Origin: Schmidtea polychroa
Taxonomy: Eukaryota
Assembly (NCBI GenBank): GCA_044892525.1
Contig: CM097885.1
Location: 24,058,001 to 24,122,000 of the forward strand
Length of the DNA stretch: 64,000 nt
Reading direction: 5' to 3'
Shown here: positions 31,865-44,293 of the stretch, in pieces
How positions within the stretch are numbered: position 1 is the stretch's first letter
How the letters are laid out: each line of letters opens with the position of its first letter
Position numbers and translations under genes: made by a program
Notes under the pieces: model-generated
Seen by the model: only the letters and a program-made list of their open reading frames with translations
Database searches by the model: none
Told to the model about the DNA's origin: nothing

Positions 31865-32080
31865 AATCGATTCAAGTTCTTTTATTCTTTCCTGTAATTG
31901 TTTTATTTTATCTAATCTTTTCTCAGCTACTTCTACTGCATTCATGTAAAAATGTCGATACTTTTCATTCTCTACCGCCAACTCTTTAATGTATTCTAAT
32001 GGTTCTTCTTCTCTTCTTTTTATTCTCTTAAGTTTAACTTCATTCAATTCATTTCTCATTCTTTCAATAAAGTCAATCAT
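31859..32080 (-). CDS. Small coiled-coil protein (copy 2)
   Basis: Identical to 2058-2279. Confidence 0.55.
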   Translation of the reverse strand: MIDFIERMRNELNEVKLKRIKRREEEPLEYIKELAVENEKYRHFYMNAVEVAEKRLDKIKQLQERIKELESII

Positions 32081-32166
32081 TTTTATAAATTATTTTTTTA
32101 TTGAATTCCCTTTTATTTTTATTTTTATTTTTCAACTTTTATTTTTATCAACTTTTATATATAAAA

Positions 32167-33459
32167 ATGAATAATATAAATCTTAAAATTCAAGAAAAAA
32201 ATAAATTAAATCTTGATTATAATAAAGAATTTACTCATGAAATTAAAAAAAATGATATTTTAAAAATCTCGCCAACTTCAGGATCTATTGCAAACTTAAA
32301 TCGTAGGGGTGATATAGTTTTTCAATCTCTTCAAACATCAAACCCAATAGATATTTGTATTGCCAAATTATATTACAAAGTAGAATTAGAAATTGAAGCA
32401 AACAAAGATATAACCCTAGAAAATAATTTCTTTCCAAATTTATTCTCCAACATGAGATTAAAACTAGGATCATCAGAAATTGAAACTGTTTTGCACCCGG
32501 GAGTATATTCTACAATGTTAAATTTTATTTTGACTGGTTGTGATTATAAAAACGAATATGGTGAATTAACATGTTGGATTCCTGATGTTAATAAAGGGGA
32601 TTTAGATAAAGATGGTTTAGATGTAAACCATGGTTACCATAAAAGAGCTGAACTTTATAAATCTAAAAAATTTGAAGGTTATTTTGAAATAAAACACTTG
32701 TTTGGATTCCTTCAAAACTATAATCGTATACTTCATAATGTTTTTATAGAATTCATCTGTAATAGAGTAGAAGGTGATAAAAGATTGTTCTATGGAGCTG
32801 TAGATACAAAAGCTAAATTAAAATTATCAACACTTGAATTACATATACCTGAATGGACATTAAACCCACATTCTGAGATTAAACTCCTTGAAAGATTAAA
32901 TTCCAACAAGTCTATAAATGTAAATTATTTAAATAGAATCTGTAGTGAATTTAGTATGACAGAGGGTTCAACATATTCTATAAAGGTAGCAAATTTAGCA
33001 TACCGACCAAGATATATCTTGATTGGATTCAAAGAAACAGATTCATCTTTCCAAAAAAATAACAATCTATTTATTCAAAAGATTGGAGATGATAATTTAA
33101 AAACAATCCAAATTCAATTAAATAGTTCTTATTATCCAATAAATAGAATGGAATTTAATATTGAAAATAATGAAAACATATTCCCATATCTAAATTATAT
33201 TGAAAAATGTTATGATTTCAAAGTTGAACCGCAATTAAGTTTAGAAGATTTCAAAAATTTATATTCTATATTTTGTATAAATGTATCAGACCAAGATGAT
33301 CGATTAGCCATAAATAATGTTGATGTTACACTTCATGTAACAAAGGATTCTAATTTTAAAGCTAAAGTATATACATTAATATTAGAAGAAAAGAAAATAG
33401 AAATGAAATTATATGGTGGAAAGATTTCAATTATTGAAAATGTTAGGGGAGATTCTTAA
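32167..33459 (+). CDS. Major capsid protein (copy 2)
   Basis: Protein identical to copy 1. Confidence 0.85.
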   Translation: MNNINLKIQEKNKLNLDYNKEFTHEIKKNDILKISPTSGSIANLNRRGDIVFQSLQTSNPIDICIAKLYYKVELEIEANKDITLENNFFPNLFSNMRLKLGSSEIETVLHPGVYSTMLNFILTGCDYKNEYGELTCWIPDVNKGDLDKDGLDVNHGYHKRAELYKSKKFEGYFEIKHLFGFLQNYNRILHNVFIEFICNRVEGDKRLFYGAVDTKAKLKLSTLELHIPEWTLNPHSEIKLLERLNSNKSINVNYLNRICSEFSMTEGSTYSIKVANLAYRPRYILIGFKETDSSFQKNNNLFIQKIGDDNLKTIQIQLNSSYYPINRMEFNIENNENIFPYLNYIEKCYDFKVEPQLSLEDFKNLYSIFCINVSDQDDRLAINNVDVTLHVTKDSNFKAKVYTLILEEKKIEMKLYGGKISIIENVRGDS

Positions 33460-33476
33460 TATTTTAACATTTTAAA

Positions 33477-34889
33477 ATGTCTTTAAATAAACCCTATTGG
33501 AGATGTGAAACTTGTAATTGTCAAGTTACAAGACATCATAAAGCAAGTCATCTTAAAACTAAAAAACATACAGTAGGTGATCTAATTCCACGAGCTGGAG
33601 GCGATTTGCAATCTTCAAAAACAACATCTTCAATATTAAAACCTTTTACTACAGAAAAATATCCAGGTGAAAGACATTTATTTAAACACAACTATACTGG
33701 ACCAGGAACACGTCTAGATATTAGATTAGATGAAAATAATAATCCCAAACAAGGAGAAGAACCAATAAATAGAATTGATCAAGCAGCTTTAAAACATGAC
33801 ATTGCATACAATTCAACAAATCTTAGAGATAGACATGTTGCAGATGTGAATTTAATACATGATTTAAATAGTATCCAAAATCCATCAACCCAAGAAAAGA
33901 TTCAAAGAGCTCTAGTTAAATTAGCAATGAACGGTAAGATTTTCATAGGCTTAGGACACAGTCCGATCACCATGGGTGCAAGACTTCCTTGGAAAGCAAA
34001 AGATGTTGCTTATAAAAAGATTATCGAACAAGCAGAGATTGAAAGATCCCTCGAGAGTACAGCCAAGACTAGTTTACAAACCCCAACAGAATCAGAAATA
34101 AAATATGCAAAGGAATTACACCATGAATTTAGAAAAAATAAAAAATATTTAAAAGTTCAAGTACATGAAAAAGATCAAACATGGTCTGCAGATTTAGTTT
34201 TTATGCCCAAATCATCAGACCCTGAAAAATATAAAATAATTTTAACTGTAATAGATTTATATACAAGATTTGCTTTTGCAAGATGTTTAGAAAATAAAAC
34301 AGGATATTCTATTACAGAAGCATTTGAAAATATATTTGAAGAAAATCAAAGAATCCCAAAATATTTATGGTGTGATAAAGGAACAGAATTTTATAACAAA
34401 GTTTTTACAAAGTTTTTAAATGAAAATGATATTAAATTATATTCAACAGAAAACGAAGGAAAAGCAGTCGTAGTTGAAAGATTAAATAGAACATTAAAAA
34501 ATAAAATGTGGAAATATTTTACTGCTATTGGAAAACAAAAATGGAACAATGAATTGTTACAAAAGATTGTAAATGAATATAATAATGATGTACATAGTTC
34601 TATAAAATTAACACCTTTAAATGCTTCCATGAAGCCTGAAACCATTAAAGTGGTAAATATTGAAAATGATGTTATTGAAAAACCAAAGTTTAAAATTGGT
34701 GACCGAGTAAGAATATTTAAATATAAAAATAAATTTGAAAAAGGATTCACAGCAAAATGGACAAATGAAATTTTTATTATAAATAAAATACATTATACAA
34801 CTCCAATAACATATAGCATCTTTGATTTAAATAATGAAAAAATATTAGGTAGATTTTATAATAATGAACTACAGAAAACAGATTTTTAA
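33477..34889 (+). CDS. Zn finger-PLA2-integrase fusion (copy 2)
   Basis: As copy 1, with substitutions MKG>MNG, KTR>KTG, TPF>TPL. Confidence 0.92.
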   Translation: MSLNKPYWRCETCNCQVTRHHKASHLKTKKHTVGDLIPRAGGDLQSSKTTSSILKPFTTEKYPGERHLFKHNYTGPGTRLDIRLDENNNPKQGEEPINRIDQAALKHDIAYNSTNLRDRHVADVNLIHDLNSIQNPSTQEKIQRALVKLAMNGKIFIGLGHSPITMGARLPWKAKDVAYKKIIEQAEIERSLESTAKTSLQTPTESEIKYAKELHHEFRKNKKYLKVQVHEKDQTWSADLVFMPKSSDPEKYKIILTVIDLYTRFAFARCLENKTGYSITEAFENIFEENQRIPKYLWCDKGTEFYNKVFTKFLNENDIKLYSTENEGKAVVVERLNRTLKNKMWKYFTAIGKQKWNNELLQKIVNEYNNDVHSSIKLTPLNASMKPETIKVVNIENDVIEKPKFKIGDRVRIFKYKNKFEKGFTAKWTNEIFIINKIHYTTPITYSIFDLNNEKILGRFYNNELQKTDF

Positions 34890-34900
34890 GTCGACAAGCC

Positions 34901-35707
34901 CTAAAACAAACTTTTCCATATTTCAGCTTCTTCTCTATCCAAATAAATATAATTATATTTTTCTTTCCAATGATTATCAACAAACATATCAAACATATTC
35001 TTATCAGGTTCAACATTTGAAAATAAATCATTATAAATCATATTCTTATCACGGCGATCTAATTTAAAAAATATAAAACAATTGGAATTATTTCTTATTG
35101 AATTTTTATCTAAAGCATAATATGTTTGAGATATATAAATAACATTACAATTATTATGTCGACCTCGTGTAAAGTAACTCTTTTGAATCTCTTGATTTTT
35201 CATATTAACAACATCATCAAATATAACTAGATTCTTTTTATCTTTAGGAAGTAAATCACAATGTAAAACATCTTCAGGTTTATTAGAGAATAAAACTTGA
35301 ATTGCCTCCTGCCCTTCTTCACAAATATAATCATTTTTATTACTAATATCTGATTCTAAAATCTTTTCCTTATACCAATCAACCATATCACAAGGTTGAA
35401 AAACTTCTTCAGGACACCTATGTTGATTTTTAAAAATATCAATTATTGCTTTTTTAGTTAATTTATTTTCAAATCCACATTTCAAAAGTTGTAATTCTGG
35501 TTGATTTATGGTTGTAGAATAAAAGATTAAATTATTATAATCTAAAAAATCATCTTCAAGTAACATTCTCAAAACAAGTACATTCTTTCCACATCCAGAA
35601 GAACCAACAATTAATAATCTAAAATTATCAGGAAATACTTTATTATTAAATTTACTCTTATGTCTATTTAAAATTGGTTTCCAAATTATTGGACTTCGTA
35701 CATCCAT
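34901..35707 (-). CDS. Packaging ATPase (copy 2)
   Basis: Identical to copy 1. Confidence 0.92.
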   Translation of the reverse strand: MDVRSPIIWKPILNRHKSKFNNKVFPDNFRLLIVGSSGCGKNVLVLRMLLEDDFLDYNNLIFYSTTINQPELQLLKCGFENKLTKKAIIDIFKNQHRCPEEVFQPCDMVDWYKEKILESDISNKNDYICEEGQEAIQVLFSNKPEDVLHCDLLPKDKKNLVIFDDVVNMKNQEIQKSYFTRGRHNNCNVIYISQTYYALDKNSIRNNSNCFIFFKLDRRDKNMIYNDLFSNVEPDKNMFDMFVDNHWKEKYNYIYLDREEAEIWKSLF

Positions 35708-35722
35708 TTTGTTTATTATAAA

Positions 35723-36316
35723 ATGACAACTGAAGAATCTTTGCAAGAATTAATAAATTCAAATAAAAATAAATCAGTAGTAATTGATGGTAAAAAATAT
35801 TTTATTGGAAAACATGTAAAAGAACAAGTTAGAGCGAAGCTCCACGAAGCTAAAGAAGGTGGCATTCTTCCATTAGCTCCTTTAATACCTGCAATCATTG
35901 CTGGTTTATCAGGTGCTGCTGGAATAGCTGGAGGAATTGCAACTACAGTTCAAAAAGCTAAAGAATCTCAAAAGACAGACCTAGAAAAAGAAAAACTACA
36001 AACTGAAATCGATTCAATGAAGAAGGTAGGGCAAGCTAAAGGGGGAGTGTCCGTTGGAAAGGGTCTCTATCTTAATCCATATGAGGGGAGTCGGCAAAAG
36101 TCTCAGGGGACTCTGTCCAAGGGAAAGGGTCTCTATCTTGATCCTTATAAAGGTAGAGGTTTAAATGATTTTTTAAAAAATCAAATTTCTACATCTGAAT
36201 CTTTATCTTCAAAAGATAAAGAAGATTTAAAAAAAATATGTAAATCTTTAAAGAATGGATGCCTATGTAAAACTCAAAATGGTAAAGGATTATACTTGAA
36301 GCCCTTCGAACTATGA
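35723..36316 (+). CDS. pX-like core protein (copy 2)
   Basis: Identical to copy 1. Confidence 0.65.
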   Translation: MTTEESLQELINSNKNKSVVIDGKKYFIGKHVKEQVRAKLHEAKEGGILPLAPLIPAIIAGLSGAAGIAGGIATTVQKAKESQKTDLEKEKLQTEIDSMKKVGQAKGGVSVGKGLYLNPYEGSRQKSQGTLSKGKGLYLDPYKGRGLNDFLKNQISTSESLSSKDKEDLKKICKSLKNGCLCKTQNGKGLYLKPFEL

Positions 36317-36338
36317 TACCATTTTTGATACCATTAAA

Positions 36339-37220
36339 ATGGTATATGAAGAAAGATTAGCACTTTTAAAAAAATTACAATCAGAACAAGATAAATATAA
36401 TAAAAAAGATACAACTCAACATGCTGAATCTATAATATTAAATGAGGTAATAACACAACAACAGGGGCCAACAATTAAAGCTATAAAAGAGTTGGAAGAT
36501 TTCAATGAGCAAGCAAAATTTAAAGAGTTAGAAGATAAAAAACAAAAAATAAAAGAACTAGAGTGGCAGGATAAAGAAAAAGAATCCAGTGAAAACCATC
36601 CTGAAAGAAATCAAAGAAAACGCAGAAGAATTACTAATGTGGAAGAAGAAGAAATGTTTTTAAAAACAAAACCTCTTAAAGTTGATCCTAAAATTAGAGA
36701 TGATTTACCTCCTTCAATTAGACCCACATTTAATACTAATACTGAAGGATATCAAATAATAACAATTAATAAACAAAACTTTACTTTATATTCAAATTCA
36801 GAAAATAAATCACGTATTCATTCACAAAATGTTTATAATAATGAATATTTAGACTTTGAATTTACAGATGATTTTTATAGATTACTTTGTGGATATTCTT
36901 CAGATGATGTTGAAGAAATTAAAAAATATTTAAATTTAATAAGATTAATAAGAGCTAGTTCTAAAGCAAAATATATTCAAGATTTAAAGAATTATTTAAA
37001 TAAAAATGAAAAGGGTTATGTTGTTACAGAGGGAGAGGGATTATTTATTGAAGGTGGTAAACCAAATCCCATCAATCTTTTTATTGAATTAAGAAAACTA
37101 TTAGCTGCAAGGAAAGCAGGACATAATAATTTAGATTCTGATATTTTAAAGATTTCTAAAGATTTGTTAAAACAAGGAATAATTTCAAAAGATAAATTTA
37201 ATAAGTATACGAAGTTATAA
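36339..37220 (+). CDS. Conserved Polinton hypothetical protein (copy 2)
   Basis: Identical to copy 1. Confidence 0.7.
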   Translation: MVYEERLALLKKLQSEQDKYNKKDTTQHAESIILNEVITQQQGPTIKAIKELEDFNEQAKFKELEDKKQKIKELEWQDKEKESSENHPERNQRKRRRITNVEEEEMFLKTKPLKVDPKIRDDLPPSIRPTFNTNTEGYQIITINKQNFTLYSNSENKSRIHSQNVYNNEYLDFEFTDDFYRLLCGYSSDDVEEIKKYLNLIRLIRASSKAKYIQDLKNYLNKNEKGYVVTEGEGLFIEGGKPNPINLFIELRKLLAARKAGHNNLDSDILKISKDLLKQGIISKDKFNKYTKL

Positions 37221-37242
37221 ATACGAAGTTTTAAAATACAAA

Positions 37243-37707
37243 ATGACTCCTTCAATATTAGATTTTTTAAAAACATTTGGAATAAATGCAAAAACAAATT
37301 TTGATTTAAAAGATTATGCAAATTATTTAAATTTAAAAATTAAAATATTAATGAATGATGAATTATCAAGTCTGGAGAGTCCCCTGAATATAATAATCAA
37401 TTATCAAAATTCAAATGAAAAAGGATCTCATTGGGTTTGTATATATAAGAAATCTATCTACTTTGATTCTTTTGGGATTAAACCTACTAAAGAAGTTGAA
37501 GATTATCTCTTGAGGGGTTCTCCGATTGATTCCCCAAATGGTTATACTTTTAACTCTTTACAAGTTCAACCTTTGAATACTAAAATATGTGGTATTTTAA
37601 GTTTATATGTTTTGTATAGATTGAATAAGGAAGAGGGAAAGGGGCATACGCATGATTTTGAATCTATAATTCAAGAAATTTATAATGATCTAGAATCTCT
37701 ACTATAA
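37243..37707 (+). CDS. Adenain-like protease (copy 2)
   Basis: Identical to copy 1. Confidence 0.92.
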   Translation: MTPSILDFLKTFGINAKTNFDLKDYANYLNLKIKILMNDELSSLESPLNIIINYQNSNEKGSHWVCIYKKSIYFDSFGIKPTKEVEDYLLRGSPIDSPNGYTFNSLQVQPLNTKICGILSLYVLYRLNKEEGKGHTHDFESIIQEIYNDLESLL

Positions 37708-37794
37708 GGATTTTTACTATAAGGATTTTTACTATATGAATTTACTACTAAAGAAATGGAGCTTCACAACCCTCCGGAAGATAATTTTAAAAAA

Positions 37795-38520
37795 ATGGTA
37801 AACATAATGTCAGATAAATATTCAAGAACTTTATCTATAAATTCAAAAGAATCAGACTTTACTATAAACTTTCAAGATTCAATTAAATTAGATCAAAATT
37901 TAAATTATGAATTGGGGCTATTATGGTTTTGTGCTTATAATACTATTTTTAATATAACTAAAGATAATAATAAATTTACTATTCAAACTCGTGATGGGCA
38001 TAAACCAGAAATTATAACAATAGAACCTAGGGCATATGAGATAAAAGATTTAAATGATATACTTTCTAAAAAAACAAATGAAGGTATTAAAATTAAAATG
38101 GATATACCAACTTCAAAATGTGTAATGACTTTGAAGAATATAAAAATTAGTTTTTTAGATAATTGTTTCTTTCACACAGTTTTAGGATTTAAACCTATGG
38201 ATATAACAATAAAAGAAGATAAAATAATAACATCAGAACATATTATAAAAATAATAAATACAAACACAATAAATATTCATTGCGATTGTATAACAGGTTC
38301 TTATAATAATGGTAAACAAACAAATGTTTTATATTCCTTTCCCTCAAACACAGTTCCTATGGGATATAAAATAGTTGAAAGAATGAATCCTCCAAATTAT
38401 TTACCTTTATGTAGAAAATATATAATGGATATTAATTTTAAAATTCTTAATCAAGAAGGAGAATTGATTGATTTTAATGGAGAAGAGATTTCAATGTATT
38501 TACATTTGAAACAGGTTTGA
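37795..38520 (+). CDS. Penton/minor capsid protein (copy 2)
   Basis: As copy 1 with E>D and R>Q; a 1-bp indel upstream extends the ORF to 37756. Confidence 0.85.
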   Translation: MVNIMSDKYSRTLSINSKESDFTINFQDSIKLDQNLNYELGLLWFCAYNTIFNITKDNNKFTIQTRDGHKPEIITIEPRAYEIKDLNDILSKKTNEGIKIKMDIPTSKCVMTLKNIKISFLDNCFFHTVLGFKPMDITIKEDKIITSEHIIKIINTNTINIHCDCITGSYNNGKQTNVLYSFPSNTVPMGYKIVERMNPPNYLPLCRKYIMDINFKILNQEGELIDFNGEEISMYLHLKQV

Positions 38521-38544
38521 AGATTCATTTTAAATTATTAATAA

Positions 38545-39555
38545 ATGAGTTCTTATATTCCATGTAATAGAGGTGGTGGAACAATAAAAACAGGGTTTAA
38601 TACAGAAGAAATATTAACTTTAACAGAAAATAAATATATTAATGAAAGAGGTGATTCAATGAAGGGTGATTTAATTTTAAATGGACACAAGATAAAAGAA
38701 TTATCTTTTCCAACTGATGAAGCTGATGCAGTTAATAAGAAATATGTAGATGGTGTTAAAAAATATACTGATTTAACAACAACAAGAATTGAAAGTTCAT
38801 TAACAACAAAAATTGATTCAATGGAATCAAAGCTTAATAATATCGAACAACGATTTAATGATAAATTTGACAAGTTACAAAGTCTGTTAACTGAACAAGT
38901 TGTAAAGTTAAATACTGCTATATTAAATTCTAAAGATAAACAAATTATGAATACTAAATTTAATAAAATATATAATATAATAAATGAGATGATTACATCA
39001 TTTAATAAAAGAATTTCAAATTTAGAGTCTCATGGAACACACATTAACACCACACATAGTATTAGAAAAAGAGCTGCTGAATTAGAACAGAATAAAACAT
39101 TATTACCCCATACATATAAACATTTTATAGAACCAAGTTTAATAACAACAAACCGTAAAGAATGGGGTGTTTTTATGGTTGTAAAAATTATTGATCCTTA
39201 TTTCTTTTTGTTTGATGATGATAATGAAAGAATGAAATGGTTTGTGAAATGTGATTATAATAGTAAGCTTGAAAAGGGTGATGTTATAATGACTAGTTAT
39301 GATTTACCACACGGAGATTGGTATGTTAATACTCATTCACATGGACTACATAAAGTTAAAAGTAAGAATATTCATTTTTCTAGTTCACTTGTACAATATA
39401 TAGATTTAATATTTTATGAAAAAAAGGTTGATGTTGATGAAGTTCGTAAAGCATTGAGAGAATTGTATAAAGATATCCTCTCAACAAGAGTTTCTTTTGA
39501 TATCCGAGTATTGGTGCCAGATGGTGCTCAGAAGAATAAAGTCTTATTTTTTTAA
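38545..39555 (+). CDS. Fibre-like protein (copy 2)
   Basis: Identical to copy 1. Confidence 0.65.
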   Translation: MSSYIPCNRGGGTIKTGFNTEEILTLTENKYINERGDSMKGDLILNGHKIKELSFPTDEADAVNKKYVDGVKKYTDLTTTRIESSLTTKIDSMESKLNNIEQRFNDKFDKLQSLLTEQVVKLNTAILNSKDKQIMNTKFNKIYNIINEMITSFNKRISNLESHGTHINTTHSIRKRAAELEQNKTLLPHTYKHFIEPSLITTNRKEWGVFMVVKIIDPYFFLFDDDNERMKWFVKCDYNSKLEKGDVIMTSYDLPHGDWYVNTHSHGLHKVKSKNIHFSSSLVQYIDLIFYEKKVDVDEVRKALRELYKDILSTRVSFDIRVLVPDGAQKNKVLFF

Positions 39556-39563
39556 TTATTAAA

Positions 39564-40160
39564 ATGGAAGAAGTAAGAGAAGAAAAAATTTACCCAGAAT
39601 TGAGATCATCAGGATATTATTCTTCCAAGGCCTCGGCTCCCACAGAACTTGAAATTATGAGAGTAAAAGAATTTAAATCAGAAACCTTACATTTACAAAA
39701 TTTATTAAAGCATTATAAAAAAATTAAAAATAGATGGAATAAAGGGAATACAGTTTTAAAAGTTATAGGTTATTCTTTAGGATTTGCATCTGCAATATTA
39801 ACAGTTATTTTACCCATAACTTTACCAGTTGTTACTCTTGCACCTGTAATACTTGGAAGTATTTCTGTGGCTGATGGTTTCTTAACTGAAATAGTTTCAT
39901 TATCTTATACTTCTAAAAAGAAATGTTTATATAGAGAAGTTTGTTTATCAATAGAATTAGGAATCTCTAAATTATTTTTATTTCAATTAAAAGCTTTGGA
40001 AGATGGAATCCTGACAGACGAAGAAATAATGAAATCAAATCAAATAATACAAGATATAAAGAATGAGGTTATAAGATTAAAAAGGGAGGGCATGGTGGCT
40101 AATGTTATAAGTAATAAAAAAACATCTCGAGAAAAATGGTTAAAGAATTCTTACTTATAA
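39564..40160 (+). CDS. Membrane protein (copy 2)
   Basis: Identical to copy 1. Confidence 0.6.
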   Translation: MEEVREEKIYPELRSSGYYSSKASAPTELEIMRVKEFKSETLHLQNLLKHYKKIKNRWNKGNTVLKVIGYSLGFASAILTVILPITLPVVTLAPVILGSISVADGFLTEIVSLSYTSKKKCLYREVCLSIELGISKLFLFQLKALEDGILTDEEIMKSNQIIQDIKNEVIRLKREGMVANVISNKKTSREKWLKNSYL

Positions 40161-40253
40161 AATGGGTGTATTTTTAAAAAGTAGATCAGGTTGCTATAGT
40201 TGCTTAAATTAATTGTCGACATTTTATTATTAAAAAATTAAATATCGTTGGTT

Positions 40254-43200
40254 TCAGTTATGGTTGAAAGCCAACCTATGAATCATTAATTTATGATCTT
40301 TAAATTCTTTATCACTTAGACCTTTTATATATTCAGGATCAGTATTAAAATATTTAAGTTCTAAACATATAGGATTAAAAACTTGAGAATATAAAGGTTT
40401 CTCGATTTCTCTCTCGGGATAAATAATTTCAACATTATAAATATCAAGATCAGTAATCTTTGTATCATATAACTTATTCAACTTTTCTAGATTTTTTATT
40501 ATAGGGATTAAATTATTTCCAATAGGTAGAGTTGTCTTTAAATCACCTAATACTTAGCACGAATAAATATTCCATTTTCTATAGGAGTAAAAGGTTTTTC
40601 ATCTTTAAACGAAAATAGTTCTCCAGATGAATTTATTAAATTTGAAAGTATAGGATTTTCTTTCATATCTTTTTGTAAATCATGAGTTCTTATTGTTAAA
40701 AACATTGAATCTGTATCCATTGCATGCATTGATATATTTGCTCCGTATATAGGTTGTAAGATGTTATAATATGTTTCATACATTTGTAATTTTGAAAGTT
40801 CTAAAATTGTAAACCCTATAAATATTGGTTTGTTATATGTTTTCTCATAATTTTTTAATTCGACTGCAGTAAGATTTTCAGAAAATACTTGTGCGTTTTT
40901 AAATGTAGGCTTTCCTAGCATGCGATTATAACGCTTAATATCTTTGGTAGTATTTGTTAGGAGTTCAATATGAGTATATTTATCAACATTCTCCATTGTT
41001 TTCCCAAAGACTGAATTGTTTAAAATTTTATAATTATTATCTTTAAAAAGATTACCTTCTCTTTTTGCAATGTTTCGGCACCTAATGTTCTCCTCGATAA
41101 AAGCTTTCATGAATGGAGCTTGTTTAAATCTTATGACACTATGAACTTTTTTTAATATCATTCCTCGTGAAAGATAAAATTGGAGGAGTCTATAGTGACA
41201 AAGATAAAACCTTCGATCTGTTTGATCACAAAGAAGTTTCATTGTTGGAGGTTTATCTTGTGAGATTTGCCATTCAGAAAGTTCGTTGATATCAATCTTT
41301 CTTCTTATGGGAGCTAAAGGAAAATATCTTGTTCCTGATTTTATATCATCTGGATAGTCGAGGTCGCATTCTATAAAGTAACCTATTGGAGAATCTTTCG
41401 ATGTTGAAAGTATTTCTTTCATAAGGTCATCTGTTGGGTTCTCTATTTCAGTGAAATCACCCATTGGTAAAAATTGAGTCATAATTCCTGAATATAAAGC
41501 TGTTGCATCTATATAAAGTATAAATATAGGATTTTTCATTGTTTCTAATAATTCTTTTAATTCCTCATTGTTAATTTTCATATATGGATCATCAGGGTGT
41601 TTAGATAGTCTTCGGCTAGTAGTTATTGCATTTCTAGCTTTTATTTCTCTATTCCCCATTACTGAAGAGACTCCTCCTCTAATGTTTGTTTTAATTTGGT
41701 TAAACATATCGAGGTTAGTTAAAAGATCTATAATTTTATCACCTTCTTCTATATTTGAAGTCCAAATGGTATATAACATAGTATCCCAAGCTAAAGAGGG
41801 TGCAGTTATATAATTATAAGGTTTAAGAACAAAAGATTTTGTAAATTCTTCAAAGCAATCTGCTAGAATATAAACATCCAAGGATAAATACATACTTGTA
41901 TATTCTCCTAAAGTTTTACACTTGAATAATTCCCACATTTTATTTGCTCGAGAATATTCTTGATTTGTAATATGATTTTTTTGAAGTTGTGAATAGAAAT
42001 CTTCTTGGCTAGGAAGACATGTTTCATTATATCTTTCAAACGAGTCAACATAGTCATAAGGATATATTCCTTTTGCTAAACATGTAGGATATTCTTCTAG
42101 AGGAATATTATTTTTTTCCAAGAATTCTCGAGTGATTTTAAAATTTTCTGGTTTCATTGTTTTTGCTACTGCATCTAAAGACATTTGGAGAAAGTTTAAC
42201 GAGTCTATAAATTTTAATTTTCCATATTCAATTGATTTATATTTTTCCTTTGTTAAGCCGATAACTTTGAAAGAGTTTTTAGCATTTGCTGCGAGGTGTT
42301 TAATAAATAGATGTATGTCATATCCAAAAAGATTATGAAATATAACAGGTATAAATTTAGGAGTATGGCAATTAAGATTGCAATTTTTATGAGCTGCTCC
42401 TCGATAATTATTTTCCTTTTTTAAATGATCATGATCTATAACTTTTTCATCAGGAAGAATATTCTGTTTACACATCCAACAGTTGGAAGTATTTTCATAT
42501 TCTTGTTGTTGTTGATTAGAAATATTTTGAGGATACTTTGTTTTTAATATTTTAAATATTTCATGTTCTAGATCATTTATATTTTTAGTAAAATGATTCA
42601 AGACTTCTTCAGGGGTACCTCCTAGAATTGAATATTCTCTAGATTCTATGAGTTCAGGATAATTACTTTTAAATAATAATTTATAAGCAGATGGTAATTG
42701 TTTAGTTTTTTTAACACTATTAGGTTTATTTCTTTTTCTTAGAAAGGCTTTCATCCTCTCTGGTTTCATCTTCTCTCCTGAGGAGTTCCATAAATCCATG
42801 AGTTTATTTTTTTCTATTATTTTTAAATATTGATAAACCAAATCTTGTTTATGGTTTATAGATTCAAAGTCACCATAAAGAACTCCAACTGTTTGTAGTA
42901 AATTTGAAAAGTTTTTACAATACATCTTGGGATTATTAGGCATTTTAATTAAAGCTGGATCATCTTTTTCACAAAATCTTGTATGTTTAATCATAGAGTT
43001 TTTAGTTGTTGAATAATGAAGACATCTTTTACATGTTCCTCCTCCACTAGTTGGATTCTCTGGAGATGTAAAAGCTTGAAAGTTTTTTATTAAAACATAA
43101 TGTTGATTATTTTCTTGTTCCAAGATTAAAAGATATATCTCGTTGTCCTGTGCTCCGTTATCCTTGGTTCCACTATCTGAAATATAAATTGGAATAATTT

Positions 43201-44215
43201 CTTTCCCTATAACATGTTCATAAATATTAAGTTTAAGATTATTTAATTTTTCAAATTCTGGAATGTCTTCTAGTTTCATTGGGTGTTTGAATCCTTTGGG
43301 AAATATTAATTCATTTTCATATTGTTTGTATTTTGAAACTCTTTGGGGATTTGTTGCTTGAGGATGTAAATGTGCAAGTATTGACCAGATGAAACATTTG
43401 TTATCATTATTCTGTACATTTATAACATTTTTAGATTTAAAGGGTGTAGGAATATAAGATTTAGGATTGGGTGGTAATCCTCTCCAATAATCAATCACTA
43501 AAGTTTGGAAAGAGTTGAATACTAAGTTTGAATCTCCTAATTCATTTTCTACTTCCTCTTGTTTTGCTTCTGCTGCTTTAATTATTTCTTTGATGGTTTT
43601 ATCAAATCCTTTAATTGAAAATAAATATTTAAAAGGTATTCCAATTTCAACATCTAAGGGTGTTGTCTTTTCTTCTGCTCCTCGCCAGTATTTTGCTTTG
43701 ATTATAATTTTATATTTTATAACATTATACCTTGTCGGTTTATAATTTTTTAAAGCTTCAGTGAAAGAATTTTTAATATTTTTTTTATTTTTATTTATAT
43801 ATTCTCCAGGAGTTGCAGGCCCATTAATTTTTAATTGAAATTCATCTATATGATTAAAATTATCCTAGTTATATTTTTCTCTTTCAACATGATCAGGTTC
43901 TCCTTCTGAATGACATTCCTCATCGTCAGAATTTTGTTTTTTATTTTTACATTCTTTTATATGTTCTAAATAATAGAAATTTAGTTTTGTTGAAAAGTTA
44001 CAATGAGGACATGTAAATATTTCTCTATTTTTCCCGATACAATTTTCAAAATGTTTATTATATCCAGAATGTAGAAATCTTCCTTTACATTTAGGACAAA
44101 CTTTTGAATTTGTATCATTAAGATTGTTTTCTTTTAATAAATGAGCTTTCGATTTTAAGTGAGAAATTAATCCAGTTTTATTTTTATAAACTTTATTACA
44201 AATATTACAATTCAT
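40254..44215 (-). pseudogene. polB: pPolB pseudogene (copy 2)
   Basis: TGG>TAG nonsense at 43865-43867; 326-bp deletion (copy-1 10745-11070) replaced by the 7-bp filler CTAATAC at 40547-40553. Confidence 0.93.
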
Positions 44216-44293
44216 TTTTAGAAAAAAATTTTTTATTGGATATCCTGTTTTGATTTTTTATGTTTTTATATTTATTTTCATAATGTGACAGTA

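Larger units (their letters stand above)
29821..43800 (+). repeat. Segmental duplication of ~1-14300 (offset ~29.8 kb)
   Basis: Near-identical flank and element sequence, including the same insertion junction. Confidence 0.9.
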
